From positions 2,121-66,120 of the forward strand of contig CAZQGS010000045.1 of assembly GCA_964593235.1 (NCBI GenBank): a stretch of 64,000 nucleotides of DNA, written 5' to 3'. This document shows positions 50,107-59,967 of this stretch, piece by piece. The DNA is from an uncultured Gemmatimonadota bacterium (GTDB lineage Bacteria > JAAXHH01). A program made the position numbers and the translations under genes. Each line of letters starts with the position of its first letter. The first letter of the stretch is position 1. Under the pieces are notes generated by a model, which saw only the letters and a program-made list of their open reading frames with translations, was not told where the DNA came from and ran no database searches.

Positions 50107-51027
50107 TTAGTCTTTTAATCCTAATTCGTTTCGAAGTTTTATATCCAGGCGACTATTTTTAGTCCAATAGTCGAGCATTATTCTTTTGTTTAGAGTCCCG
50201 ACTGTTGTCAATTCCTTGTCATTATCATCAATTTCAATCTCTTTCCAAGATTCTATTTCATAAGGAAATTTACGTTTGAATTGAATGCTCAGAATCCTAT
50301 TAAGCCCTGGGTGGTAGACAAGTTTATATTCCATAAGGTCGTCTCTCATTAGAACAGGCATTAACAACGCTGTAGCTTGTACCGATTTCCATGGTATATG
50401 AGCAAATCGCTGATAGAGAGTTCCAGGGATGATAGTTATTTCGCCTGTTGGTAAATCGTCAGGATTTAAACGTATAGTTGCCCAAATCTCATCTTCTGAA
50501 ATGGCACTATTGATGTATGAAATACGATCTCCTTCAGTTTCAAAATATGAATACTGCTGAACCCGATATTGATCATCTAGATAATTCATTTGGACAAATG
50601 CGTGGCCACACCATTCTTGAACGGACGTTGTGATTTTGAGAGGCCTTGGATAACGTTCTTGATCCAAGGGAGAAAAGGTTGACGTCATAACAGTATATGG
50701 GTAAACCCCAGTGTTAAATTTGCGAAGTGCGTTCATTTTGAGAACCTTAATCGCATCTTTCCCTGCTTTTTCTGGGTCATCTAATTTAACTTGTTTCTGC
50801 CCTGAAAAATCTTCGGTAACAAATATAAGAACCGCTTCTCCATTATGAACTTCCCCATAACGACTTTGCTGAAGTGTGTAACTGGTAATTTCAGCAAGGC
50901 CTCGGTACCAATAATCACCAAAATTTGTGCTAGAGTTAGCTGCTTGGGTTAACACATTTTGGTTGTGATCCGACTCACAGCCGTAATAACTGAAGAGGAA
51001 AAGAAGAGGTAATAAGTATTTTTTCAT
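50107..51027 (-). CDS. Conserved hypothetical lipoprotein
   Basis: Lipobox-like SYYGC; YWYRGLAEITSY...QSRYGE, VQEWCGH, SYFETEGD. Confidence 0.65.
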   Translation of the reverse strand: MKKYLLPLLFLFSYYGCESDHNQNVLTQAANSSTNFGDYWYRGLAEITSYTLQQSRYGEVHNGEAVLIFVTEDFSGQKQVKLDDPEKAGKDAIKVLKMNALRKFNTGVYPYTVMTSTFSPLDQERYPRPLKITTSVQEWCGHAFVQMNYLDDQYRVQQYSYFETEGDRISYINSAISEDEIWATIRLNPDDLPTGEITIIPGTLYQRFAHIPWKSVQATALLMPVLMRDDLMEYKLVYHPGLNRILSIQFKRKFPYEIESWKEIEIDDNDKELTTVGTLNKRIMLDYWTKNSRLDIKLRNELGLKD

Positions 51028-51581
51028 TAATTTTTTGTTTTTGGTTCGGGAACCTCAGCAGAATATTCGAACGGCTGAGAACCCATAACTTTACAACAGT
51101 AGAAAACTAATGATACAAGACCCCACGTTAGGCCAATAACGACCCCAGCATCTACTATTCCTCGCCAGGGTTGTGCTAGAAAACGAACCAGAAAAATGAG
51201 GATAAAAATTCCCAAGGTCAATAAGAAAATATTCCTCTGTCGACCAGGGTTAATATTAATATAACCAACAAGGAACAGCGGCGCTAATAACAGCATTATC
51301 GGCTGGGGATGCATGTAAAGGTATCGAGCTCTAGCTGCAACTCTTGGCGAAAAACTTTTCTGAAAACCTTTGTATCCCTCTGAATATGCCATTAATCCAA
51401 TGACCAAAATGAGTATAACCCAATGGTACCAAAAGAATGGAAAATTATTTAATGCATCGATAGTTACCGAAAATAATCTTACTATTGCAAAAATTAAGAT
51501 CATGCCAATAAATGAAATCCCCCATGCTAACCCAAGGATGCGGAGTAATTTACCTTCTATCGCTAATAGTTTATCCATCAC
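51027..51581 (-). CDS. Conserved hypothetical membrane protein
   Basis: Several TM helices; MAYSEGYKGFQKSFSPRVAAR, QPWRGIVDAGVVIGL; overlaps the smpB stop. Confidence 0.65.
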   Translation of the reverse strand: MMDKLLAIEGKLLRILGLAWGISFIGMILIFAIVRLFSVTIDALNNFPFFWYHWVILILVIGLMAYSEGYKGFQKSFSPRVAARARYLYMHPQPIMLLLAPLFLVGYININPGRQRNIFLLTLGIFILIFLVRFLAQPWRGIVDAGVVIGLTWGLVSLVFYCCKVMGSQPFEYSAEVPEPKTKN

Positions 51582-52078
51582 AGACGTCCCTTCAATGTGC
51601 GTTCCATATCTCTACGGGCATCCCGATCTGCAATTGTCCTTCTCCGATCATATTCCCGCTTTCCCTTAACCAAAGCTAGTTCCACCTTGGCCCGACCACG
51701 ACTGAAATATACTTTCAATGGGATTAGAGTAAGTCCTTTTTCTACAACACGCCCAATCAATCTATTTATTTCAGAACGATGAAGTAATAGTTTACGCCTT
51801 CGGGTGGGTTCGTGATTGAAGTGACTTCCCTGATCATATAGTGCAATATGAACATTATACAAAAACAGTTCTCCATCTTCCACAACAGCAAAACTGTCGG
51901 TAAGATTAATCTTTCCTTGCCTCAAGGACTTGACTTCGGTACCTACCAAAACTATTCCAGCTTCCCATGTATCCAGGATATGATAGTCGTATCGAGCTTT
52001 CCGATTCGTAACAACTATTTTGATCCCCTCTTGAGGATTATTTTTCTGAAATTTTTTACGAGATGTTGACCTAGTCAT
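51578..52078 (-). CDS. smpB: SsrA-binding protein
   Basis: NRKARYDY, EAGIVLVGTEVKSLR, RKLLLH, GKREYDRR. Confidence 0.97.
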   Translation of the reverse strand: MTRSTSRKKFQKNNPQEGIKIVVTNRKARYDYHILDTWEAGIVLVGTEVKSLRQGKINLTDSFAVVEDGELFLYNVHIALYDQGSHFNHEPTRRRKLLLHRSEINRLIGRVVEKGLTLIPLKVYFSRGRAKVELALVKGKREYDRRRTIADRDARRDMERTLKGRL

Positions 52079-52125
52079 TAACTTCTCTTATCAGAAAGGT
52101 AAGGACCTAGCTATAGAAGGCCAGC

Positions 52126-52154
52126 TTGACAACAAACAGTTACCAAAATATATT
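52126..52154 (+). promoter_or_regulatory. Sigma-70 promoter of tRNA-Leu
   Basis: TTGACA-17 nt-TATATT. Confidence 0.7.
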
Positions 52155-52187
52155 ACCTCCTCATTTATAAGACAAACAGTATATGCC

Positions 52188-52271
52188 GCCGAAGTGGTGA
52201 AACTGGTAGACACGCTGTGTTCAGGGCGCAGTGGGCTTACGCCCGTGAGAGTTCGAATCTCTCCTTCGGCA
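52188..52271 (+). tRNA. tRNA-Leu (anticodon CAG), CCA not encoded
   Basis: Acceptor GCCGAAG/CTTCGGC, D-loop GGTAGAC, anticodon arm CTGTG-TTCAGGG-CGCAG, long variable arm, T-loop GTTCGAATC. Confidence 0.95.
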
Positions 52272-52286
52272 TTCCTTGGGAGACAA

Positions 52287-52318
52287 GGGTTACACCAAAT
52301 CGCGTGACCCGATTTTTT
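52287..52318 (+). terminator. Possible intrinsic terminator after tRNA-Leu
   Basis: GGGTTAC...GTGACCC stem followed by GATTTTTT. Confidence 0.45.
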
Positions 52319-52489
52319 GCCCCTAAAAACCCTCTCCGTAGCAAAATCAAAGCACAGATAACGCATTACATAGCATTGCGTGGTACTATCTGGACAGCTC
52401 ATAAAGTTCTCTTTAAATCAACTTATTTCTTGAAATTCTTAGCCTCTTCCAAATCTGCAAGTTGCCTTACCCAAATCAAGAAAGCTTAT

Positions 52490-53662
52490 CTACGAGTTAT
52501 TCAACGCTTGATCCAGATCCTGAATAATATCATCCGGATCTTCCAATCCCACAGACACGCGTGTGTAGTTAGGTGGAATACCCTGTTTCGGATTACCCGG
52601 GCCACTGTCCCCAAGGACCAGGGTTTCCACATCGCCAAGACTGAACCAAGGTTTGCACATGTTTAGGGCTTTTCCCAATGCTTTCTGATCCACAGCGGGT
52701 GTTGGGCAAAAACCAAGCATACCACTGAAACCTCGGAGATATTTTAAACCGGTTTTATGATCAGGATGCGATGGCAATCCCAGGTATCGGACTTCGTTAA
52801 TACGTGGATGCGTTTTAAGAAACTCAGCAATCTTCTGGGCATTCGTGCAATGTCGTTCCATCCTGAAGGCCAACGTCTTTAAGCCGCGGTTTACGAGAAA
52901 AGCGTTCATAGGTGCGAGCACCCCACCCATCAGGATACGCATCCGATGAATTTGCTCACGAATCTTTTCGTTCCGTCCCACAATCACCCCGGCCAGAGCA
53001 TCACCGTGACCGGCCATATATTTTGTCATGGCATGCATTACCACATCTGCGCCGTAGTGGAGTGGTTGCAATAGATAAGGGGTAAGAAACGTATTGTCCA
53101 CAACGGCCAATGCCCCGGCTTCGTGTGCCAGATCGATAACAGCTTTCACATCGATAAAATCCATTGAGGCATTGGCATACGGCTCGAAATACACCATACG
53201 GGTCGGCCGCTTCAACGCCTCCCTCAGTGCATCCAGATTACGCAGATCCACTCGTACCGTATCGATGCCCCATTGATCAGGCAGATCTTCATCGAGCCAC
53301 ATATTGGCGCCTGCGTATAGACACCGATGTCCTATGATACGTTCGCCCTGTTTGAGCAGTCCGAAAAAAATCTGGCTCATAGCCGCCATACCGCACGAGG
53401 TGGTCATGGCCCATTCTCCTCCTTCCAGATGCTTGACCAACTCCTCTACGGCACCACTGCTCGGCCCGCCTGCTTTCTCCAAACCGCGTCCGTACGCATT
53501 GGTCCCTTCATAGCCGTCCCGGATATTGGTATTGCCCTGGTAGATCGGTACAGCAGATGAACTGCCGTGATAACCGGCATGAATGGCATCAGAGGTAAAA
53601 TTACGACCGTCTGGTGATTGATAATCATTAGTCAAAAAATGAAGTTTATCGTCAATCGACAT
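52490..53662 (-). CDS. Cys/Met metabolism PLP-dependent enzyme (cystathionine gamma-lyase / methionine gamma-lyase-like)
   Basis: SCGMAA, VVDNTFLTP, HAMTKYMAGHGD, SLGDVETL, RVSVGLED. Confidence 0.88.
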   Translation of the reverse strand: MSIDDKLHFLTNDYQSPDGRNFTSDAIHAGYHGSSSAVPIYQGNTNIRDGYEGTNAYGRGLEKAGGPSSGAVEELVKHLEGGEWAMTTSCGMAAMSQIFFGLLKQGERIIGHRCLYAGANMWLDEDLPDQWGIDTVRVDLRNLDALREALKRPTRMVYFEPYANASMDFIDVKAVIDLAHEAGALAVVDNTFLTPYLLQPLHYGADVVMHAMTKYMAGHGDALAGVIVGRNEKIREQIHRMRILMGGVLAPMNAFLVNRGLKTLAFRMERHCTNAQKIAEFLKTHPRINEVRYLGLPSHPDHKTGLKYLRGFSGMLGFCPTPAVDQKALGKALNMCKPWFSLGDVETLVLGDSGPGNPKQGIPPNYTRVSVGLEDPDDIIQDLDQALNNS

Positions 53663-53855
53663 GAGATCTCCTGTTTTATAGTCCTATTTATGGCTTAACT
53701 GTTTCATGTATACCACAAAACCCCGTGCTGATACGGGTATGGATAAGACCAGGGAACATCAGAAAGTATAGTGCTAATTGGTATCTCACAAGGAACATAT
53801 AAAGACAGCACCTGGTATATCTCTTCCATCTTAAAAACCATCTCAAGAATCCTGC

Positions 53856-53890
53856 TTGACACCAAATACCACTGGTGTACATTGCGCAAT
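53856..53890 (+). promoter_or_regulatory. Promoter candidate for the SBP gene with overlapping inverted repeats
   Basis: TTGACA-16 nt-TACATT; ACACCA...TGGTGT inverted repeat in the spacer; ATTGCGCAAT palindrome at the -10/+1 region. Confidence 0.4.
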
Positions 53891-53921
53891 AATCGTCTAA
53901 AAACATATGCAAAGGAAGATC

Positions 53922-55664
53922 ATGAGACAATTCTCGATAGTCTGTAATATGTTATTAGGTGTTGCTGGTTTTGTCTACATTCTTCTGATCTCTGCTTGTA
54001 ACAATGATGGAACCTCTGACCAATCATCTGTTCCACAAGTTGCTCTTATTCCGGAAGAAGAAGTTGTTGCAAGACCTCTTCCATCCGATGCATTGTCGCC
54101 TGAAAGACAGGTATACCGTTATTTTTCCGGCGAGCCATCCAGTCTAGATGTAAGTGTTGCCCTCTACGAATCGTTGGGCAGTGCCTTTCTGTTTGAACGA
54201 CTTTGTATGCTCGATGAAAATAACAGTCTGATCCCGGGTGCTGCAGATCGTTGGGAGAACTCATCCGACGGTAGAATCTGGACGTTCTACCTACATCCGG
54301 GCGCCCGCTGGAGCGACGGAACACCGGTTACCGCCCATGACTTCGAATATACCTACAAACGCCTACTCCATCCTGACAGTGGTAATGTGTATGCCTTCTT
54401 TTATTATGATATTAAAGGCGCCAGGGCTTTTAATCAGGGAAAAACTAATGATCCGGATATATTAGGCGTCAGGGCAGTGGATGATCTGACTCTGGTGATC
54501 GAGACAGAGGAACCCTGTGCCTACTTCCCGTTTGTTACCTCGTATACAGCTTCATCGCCTGTGCCACACTGGCAGGTGGAGAAATATGGCTCCCGTTGGA
54601 CCGATGCAGGATACTGCGTGAGTAATTCAGCGTTTCGGCTGGACGAGTGGGTTCAGGGTAAATACATGGCATTCCGACTCAATCCATACTATAACGGCAA
54701 TAACCCCGCCTATCTGAGACAAATTGTACGACTCTTTTCCGGCATGGCTGGCACCGGTAGCGCCTCTGGTGGCATAGGCATCCTTCCATATGAAAACAAT
54801 GAGATTGACCTGATAGGGGTTGGTAGTCCGGCAGATATTGACCGGATTAAACGAGACCAGGTATTAAGCAAACAGCTTTGGCGTTACAACGGTTTGACGA
54901 CAACCTATCTATTCTTTCGAACGCAGGAACCGCCTTTCAACGATGCTCGGGTTAGAATGGCAATAGCCCTAGCTATCGATAAAAGAACCATTGCCGATAT
55001 ATTGTTTAAAGGGACTGTATTGCCGGCCTATACTATGCGCCCACCCAGGTTTACCGGAGTTGTGGAAGGTAAATATCAAAATTTTCAGCAACATAATCCG
55101 GAGAAGGCACGACGATTGTTAACGGAAGCCGGATTTCAAGAAGGACAGGGTTTCCCCGTAATGGAAATGTGGTTACGAGATATGTCAACTGCTTCCCAGG
55201 GTGGTCAGGCAGCACAGGTAATTCAACAGCAATTGCATGATATTCTGGGTATCCGGGTTCAGATCCGTAATACACAAACAAACACGTTTAATTCGCTGAT
55301 GCACGAATGGAAAATTCCCATGGGAGTTGTCGGATACGGTGCGGATTTTCCGGATCCGCAGAGTATGCTCGGTGTACCCTGGCGCTCACAACCCAGAGGA
55401 TTTACACGGCACGACTGGGCCAACGCCCGTTTCGATAAATTGATTGATAGGGCCAGAGGTGAGACGGACCAGGAGAAACGGTTACAGCTATATGATGAAG
55501 CCGAAGGGATTCTGGTCGCGGATGTAGGCGGGGCGTTTTTGTGGCACGGACAGGGGTTTCAATTGCGTAAACCATGGCTTAAAGGCCTCAAACAGGATAG
55601 AAACGGCTTCTATCCATTCTGGGAAAACAACACCGTTTACAGTGAAATGTACATCGGCAAATGA
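53922..55664 (+). CDS. Oligopeptide/nickel ABC transporter substrate-binding lipoprotein (OppA-like, family 5)
   Basis: Lipobox ISAC; PGAADRW...WTFYL...WSDGTPVTAHDF, PPFNDARVRMAIALAIDK. Confidence 0.88.
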   Translation: MRQFSIVCNMLLGVAGFVYILLISACNNDGTSDQSSVPQVALIPEEEVVARPLPSDALSPERQVYRYFSGEPSSLDVSVALYESLGSAFLFERLCMLDENNSLIPGAADRWENSSDGRIWTFYLHPGARWSDGTPVTAHDFEYTYKRLLHPDSGNVYAFFYYDIKGARAFNQGKTNDPDILGVRAVDDLTLVIETEEPCAYFPFVTSYTASSPVPHWQVEKYGSRWTDAGYCVSNSAFRLDEWVQGKYMAFRLNPYYNGNNPAYLRQIVRLFSGMAGTGSASGGIGILPYENNEIDLIGVGSPADIDRIKRDQVLSKQLWRYNGLTTTYLFFRTQEPPFNDARVRMAIALAIDKRTIADILFKGTVLPAYTMRPPRFTGVVEGKYQNFQQHNPEKARRLLTEAGFQEGQGFPVMEMWLRDMSTASQGGQAAQVIQQQLHDILGIRVQIRNTQTNTFNSLMHEWKIPMGVVGYGADFPDPQSMLGVPWRSQPRGFTRHDWANARFDKLIDRARGETDQEKRLQLYDEAEGILVADVGGAFLWHGQGFQLRKPWLKGLKQDRNGFYPFWENNTVYSEMYIGK

Positions 55665-56020
55665 TGATGTACTCTTTATGAAATCATCAGAAAATGGCAA
55701 ACGAAATCTTACCATTAATGACCCCATAATACACTTGCAAGAGGATCTGTTAAAAAGGTCTCTCTGTTTACGATAAGTTTCATATATTACAGGCAGTGCT
55801 TGCTCAATCTCTGCGCACTATGTTAATCGATAGCTATTCAGAATATCTTCACGCCCTAGAGCCACAAACGGTACTAATGTGTCTAATTAATTTATCAGTC
55901 TGTTAAGGTTTAACTATGTAGGCAAGGCACCCCCCAACTATCTCAAAAAGTATTATAGTCCAAAGGGTGGGGCTACTGAGTATTTCCTATAAACTTATAA
56001 GCTTGTCACAGGTTCAAGAA

Positions 56021-57229
56021 ATGAAATCAAGAAAATTTTCTGATTTGGGGCTACTAGTAGCTCTTTGGCTTATGATGTTTGCTGCAAGTAGTCAAACAAT
56101 GATCATGTCTTCCATTCTGCCAAACATTCAAGCAAATCTAGGCGTCCCAGCAGAGTACTTGGGAACCTTAATTGCCGTCTATTCAATTATGCTTGCTATC
56201 TTCGCATTAATTACCGGCCCTATTTCTGACGTAATCGGAAGGAGATGGATTCTTTTAATTGGTACGGGCACTATGTGTCTAATTTTAGTTCTTCACCATT
56301 TCGTAACTGACTACAGATCCCTATTTATCGTCAGGGGTTTTTCAGGCATAGCGGCTGGTATTCTAAGTGGCGTAGCGCCAGCTTATATTGCTGATCACTT
56401 TCCGGCTGCAAAAAGAGGTTGGGCAAATAGTTTAGTGATGACTGCGATCGCTGTTGGGCAAATCATGGGTATTCCGATCGGCACGCTCCTCGCCCACCGG
56501 TATGACTTTGCCGCTCCATTTATTTTTTTTGCTGCTCCAATGAGTTTTTCATTTATTTTGACATGGATCCTAACCAGCAGACAACCTCTAATCCAATTAT
56601 CATTACCCTCTCTTAAATCGGTTACAAGCCAGTATAAAACGTTCTTTATCACTCCTCATACTAGTGCCGCCATTGGTGCCTATGCTATGATGTTTTTAGG
56701 CATCACATTTTACGTTATCTACTTAATTGTTTGGATTAAAGAAATGTTTAATCCCACAGGAAATGCACTAGCCTCCCTATTTGTGGTCTCTGGGATCGCT
56801 AGTGTCATAGTAGGGCCATGGGCCGGCCGTTTTTCTGATCGAATCGGGCGAAAGGGTCTTATAATAGGTTCCTGTATCGGACTATTTTTTCTTATGTCTT
56901 TGACGACAACTCTTATTACAGAATTTTGGATAGCTTACTTGTTATTTTTTACCATTATGCTTCTGGTGTCGGCCCGCATGGGACCATTTCAAACCCTACT
57001 TTCTGAGATTGTCCCAGCAAATCAACGAGGTTCAATGATGAGCTTGGCTATAGCTATTGGCCAGTTAACAATGGGGATTTGCAGCGCAGCGTCCGGTATT
57101 ATCTATACCAAAATGGGATATTTTTTTAGTTCAGTTATAGGAGGCATAGGCATGTTAATCATGGGGTACTTAGTATGGCGTTTTATTCCCGAAAATAAAA
57201 GTCAAGTAGATCCTGATCAAATGACGTAA
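56021..57229 (+). CDS. MFS transporter
   Basis: GPISDVIGRR and GRFSDRIGRK motif-A repeats; about 12 TM helices. Confidence 0.88.
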   Translation: MKSRKFSDLGLLVALWLMMFAASSQTMIMSSILPNIQANLGVPAEYLGTLIAVYSIMLAIFALITGPISDVIGRRWILLIGTGTMCLILVLHHFVTDYRSLFIVRGFSGIAAGILSGVAPAYIADHFPAAKRGWANSLVMTAIAVGQIMGIPIGTLLAHRYDFAAPFIFFAAPMSFSFILTWILTSRQPLIQLSLPSLKSVTSQYKTFFITPHTSAAIGAYAMMFLGITFYVIYLIVWIKEMFNPTGNALASLFVVSGIASVIVGPWAGRFSDRIGRKGLIIGSCIGLFFLMSLTTTLITEFWIAYLLFFTIMLLVSARMGPFQTLLSEIVPANQRGSMMSLAIAIGQLTMGICSAASGIIYTKMGYFFSSVIGGIGMLIMGYLVWRFIPENKSQVDPDQMT

Positions 57230-57251
57230 ATATTTTTATTTATGGGTTTCA

Positions 57252-58037
57252 TCAATATAATGACTCAACAAATTTATTAATAACAGCATTAAACCTTTCC
57301 GGCTCCTCGTAAAATAACACATGGCCACTTTTTTCAAAAACCTCTAGATTTGCACCAGGGATATGTTTAGCCATATACAAACATCCGGGGTAAGCTCCAC
57401 TCTTTCCTCCCGTGGTAATTAGAACAGGAAGATTAATAGAAGGTAGCATAGGTCGCCAATCCTGAGCCTGATAATCAGGACCTAGTGTAACGCCTTGCGA
57501 CTCTATATTCCTCTCACTACCGGCTAGCAGAACATCGATTTCTTGGTCTGACACATCAGAATTAACAAACATCTCTCTGAGCTCCCAGCGTTTACGTTCA
57601 ACTAGGTCATCAGGGGGAGGTTGGGGGTTAATTTCAGCTGGTTTATGGACTTCTACATTTGGACATTCATCTACTAAAACAACACCTCTTAATCGGTAGT
57701 CACGAAATAACTCTATATATGACAAAACCGTTCGGGCTCCTATGGACCACCCAACAAGGGTAACATCAAAAAGTTCCAGCGATTCCAATACCTGCCGAAT
57801 ATCCATAGCATATCGCGCCGTACGATGTCCCCAGGGTGTTTTTCCTGACTTTCCGTTCCCACGGGTATCGAGAGCGAAAACACGGTAGTCTTTACTCAGA
57901 CTTTGCAGTTGCTTGTTCCACCATACCATACTCAAACCACCCCCATGAATTAGTATAATAGGCCTGCCATGACCATAAACTTCATAATAGAGATGGACAC
58001 CATCATTAGCTTCAACATACCCAGAAGAATTTTCCAA
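57252..58037 (-). CDS. Alpha/beta hydrolase (non-heme haloperoxidase / arylesterase-like)
   Basis: LIHGG, DTRGNGKS, GWSIG nucleophile elbow, SGHVLFYEEPERFN. Confidence 0.85.
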   Translation of the reverse strand: MENSSGYVEANDGVHLYYEVYGHGRPIILIHGGGLSMVWWNKQLQSLSKDYRVFALDTRGNGKSGKTPWGHRTARYAMDIRQVLESLELFDVTLVGWSIGARTVLSYIELFRDYRLRGVVLVDECPNVEVHKPAEINPQPPPDDLVERKRWELREMFVNSDVSDQEIDVLLAGSERNIESQGVTLGPDYQAQDWRPMLPSINLPVLITTGGKSGAYPGCLYMAKHIPGANLEVFEKSGHVLFYEEPERFNAVINKFVESLY

Positions 58038-58131
58038 ATTAATTTCCTCACTTCTATTATTTCACTAGTAGTTTTTCAACGGTTTCAATTTCCTATAGAA
58101 GCCTAGGAGCTGATTAATCCTATATTGTCTA

Positions 58132-59883
58132 TCAATTCCGGTCCCACGGGAAACGTGCTGTTGGCAAGTTCACATAGCGCTTAAGGTCTAGGGTTAACCG
58201 TGCCCCACATCCGGGTTCTAGTTGGACCACAAAATCGGAATTATCTACCGATATCTTTTGATTATTATAGGTTAATTCAAGTACTTGATGTTCTCCATAG
58301 GCACCTCCTTGAATAATTACATTTCTCGGTTGCCCAGGGTTAATATTCACAAGTTGCACATCAAGCCCTTTTGAGTCAATCCGATGAATCAAAGCAGCAA
58401 CATCTTCAGGAAGCCCCGGACGTCCTCGATCCGCATCGTAATACCATAACCTACAATGCATAGGTCGGGCATAACCGGGTTTGGTTCCCCCCGTGATCAT
58501 ATTTACCAAATTTTCGACCCGGGCAGGGTTGTGAGGATTTGGATTATCAGAAAGTCTTGTATCTGGAGTTGAAATATCGTTCCGAATCTTCTCCACTTGT
58601 TCTCTTACCTGAGTAAGATCCTGCAGCAGGGCTTCAACTGGAAAAGAAGGATTATTTCCTTCCAAAAATTTCAACCAAGGGTTGTCCCCAGAAAGAGCAC
58701 GGTCATCTGAATTCATGGACCAGTCGTAAACTTCGATCGCGCCTTTATTATAAGGCTCAGGGTGGTAATCATACCAACCATCATCTCCATGCATATGAGG
58801 ATACATGGTAATGCCATCTATTGTTTTATGGTTTGAATTAACTTTTTCTAGTACTGTCCGCCAAACATCAACGTACTTCTGATCTCCTGAAAGTAATAGT
58901 GCATTACCAAACCCATCTACTGCATGGCTGACTGCATTAAGGGTGAAACTATCCATCCGACCGTGACGACGGGCACGAATCGTGTGATCCCAGCCGTAGA
59001 CACCTCCCCACCATTTACCCTCGCAAGCACTTCCGATTACTCCATCTAAACCAACATTTGAGGGAATGACACCACCATTGGAGTAGGTTCGTTCGATCCA
59101 AGCATCAGCATATTCAAGAATCCAATCTCTATATTTTTTCTCTCCCGTCAAAACATAAGCATTAAATGCCAATCCAGTACAGGTCAAATTTAATGGGTGG
59201 TCTCCAGCAACATCATTATAAGTTTCAAACCTTTCGTACATTTCAGCGTAGGTCTCTTGACCATGGAGAAGATCAAACCGACCGTCCTCTAACCGATCCC
59301 CAGCCCAGTCAAGGGCTGTGGTTTTTCGGAGTATTGGACCTCGACTACCATTGAACATACTTCTTATTAACCGAAGATCAGGATCATAGTTTTTTGCCTG
59401 GGGGTCCTCGTCCATATAAAATCCGGCAAAGCGTTTAGCTCTTCGGATGTGATTTTCATCCTTTGGATCGCAGAGCCCAAGCAAGTTAAATACTACTAAG
59501 CCTTCAGCGTGATGAGCCCAATCACTATGGACAGGAAACTCTTTATAATACATTCCGTCTTGAGTGAAAGGCACTTCGACCGTTTTAGCTTCAGTATACT
59601 GTTTAATATGTCCATCTTGAGCACTTTTGGACATATCAAGAATGCTGTCTCCACCTCCTAATAGATAAATTATTGGCCAATTAGCCAGGTTTTCAATAGC
59701 ATCATCGGGACCATCAAGAGCACCCCACCTCGGAACACATTCCAGAAAACCTTGATCATCGAAATACTTTTCATAAAACTGTTCAAAAGCCTGTGTTTGA
59801 AATTGGAGAAGCGCCCGTTGTAAAAGAGCCCACTGAGGAGGATCTGATGGAGTATCTATTTTGATTGAAACATGATTAGTCAT
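58132..59883 (-). CDS. Conserved hypothetical protein (583 aa)
   Basis: Long ORF with SD GAGGAG; rich in W/D/H/G (RWGALDGPDDAIENLANWP, DWAHHAEG, KWWGGVYGW). Confidence 0.75.
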   Translation of the reverse strand: MTNHVSIKIDTPSDPPQWALLQRALLQFQTQAFEQFYEKYFDDQGFLECVPRWGALDGPDDAIENLANWPIIYLLGGGDSILDMSKSAQDGHIKQYTEAKTVEVPFTQDGMYYKEFPVHSDWAHHAEGLVVFNLLGLCDPKDENHIRRAKRFAGFYMDEDPQAKNYDPDLRLIRSMFNGSRGPILRKTTALDWAGDRLEDGRFDLLHGQETYAEMYERFETYNDVAGDHPLNLTCTGLAFNAYVLTGEKKYRDWILEYADAWIERTYSNGGVIPSNVGLDGVIGSACEGKWWGGVYGWDHTIRARRHGRMDSFTLNAVSHAVDGFGNALLLSGDQKYVDVWRTVLEKVNSNHKTIDGITMYPHMHGDDGWYDYHPEPYNKGAIEVYDWSMNSDDRALSGDNPWLKFLEGNNPSFPVEALLQDLTQVREQVEKIRNDISTPDTRLSDNPNPHNPARVENLVNMITGGTKPGYARPMHCRLWYYDADRGRPGLPEDVAALIHRIDSKGLDVQLVNINPGQPRNVIIQGGAYGEHQVLELTYNNQKISVDNSDFVVQLEPGCGARLTLDLKRYVNLPTARFPWDRN

Positions 59884-59967
59884 AATTTAACTCCTCTTTA
59901 AAGTAAGTTAGAATGATCTGATTATGAAAGTTTATCTTGGAAAACTTATTCATTAATTGATTTTGTT

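Noticed and set aside
51578-52490. tmRNA next to smpB
   Set aside because: The adjacent RNA is a complete tRNA-Leu; there is no GGGG(C/G)-start tmRNA body or tag reading frame.
52091-52666. ORFs of 103 aa (-) and 149 aa (+)
   Set aside because: They overlap the tRNA gene and the lyase; shadow frames.
53663-53880. SAM riboswitch upstream of the Cys/Met lyase
   Set aside because: Only CTTATC is present on the minus strand; the SAM-I core (AUCnAGAG...GCAACC...GUGC) is missing.
55665-56020. attR duplicate of the tRNA-Leu 3' end
   Set aside because: Only a 7-nt match (AATCTCT near 55806), which is chance level.
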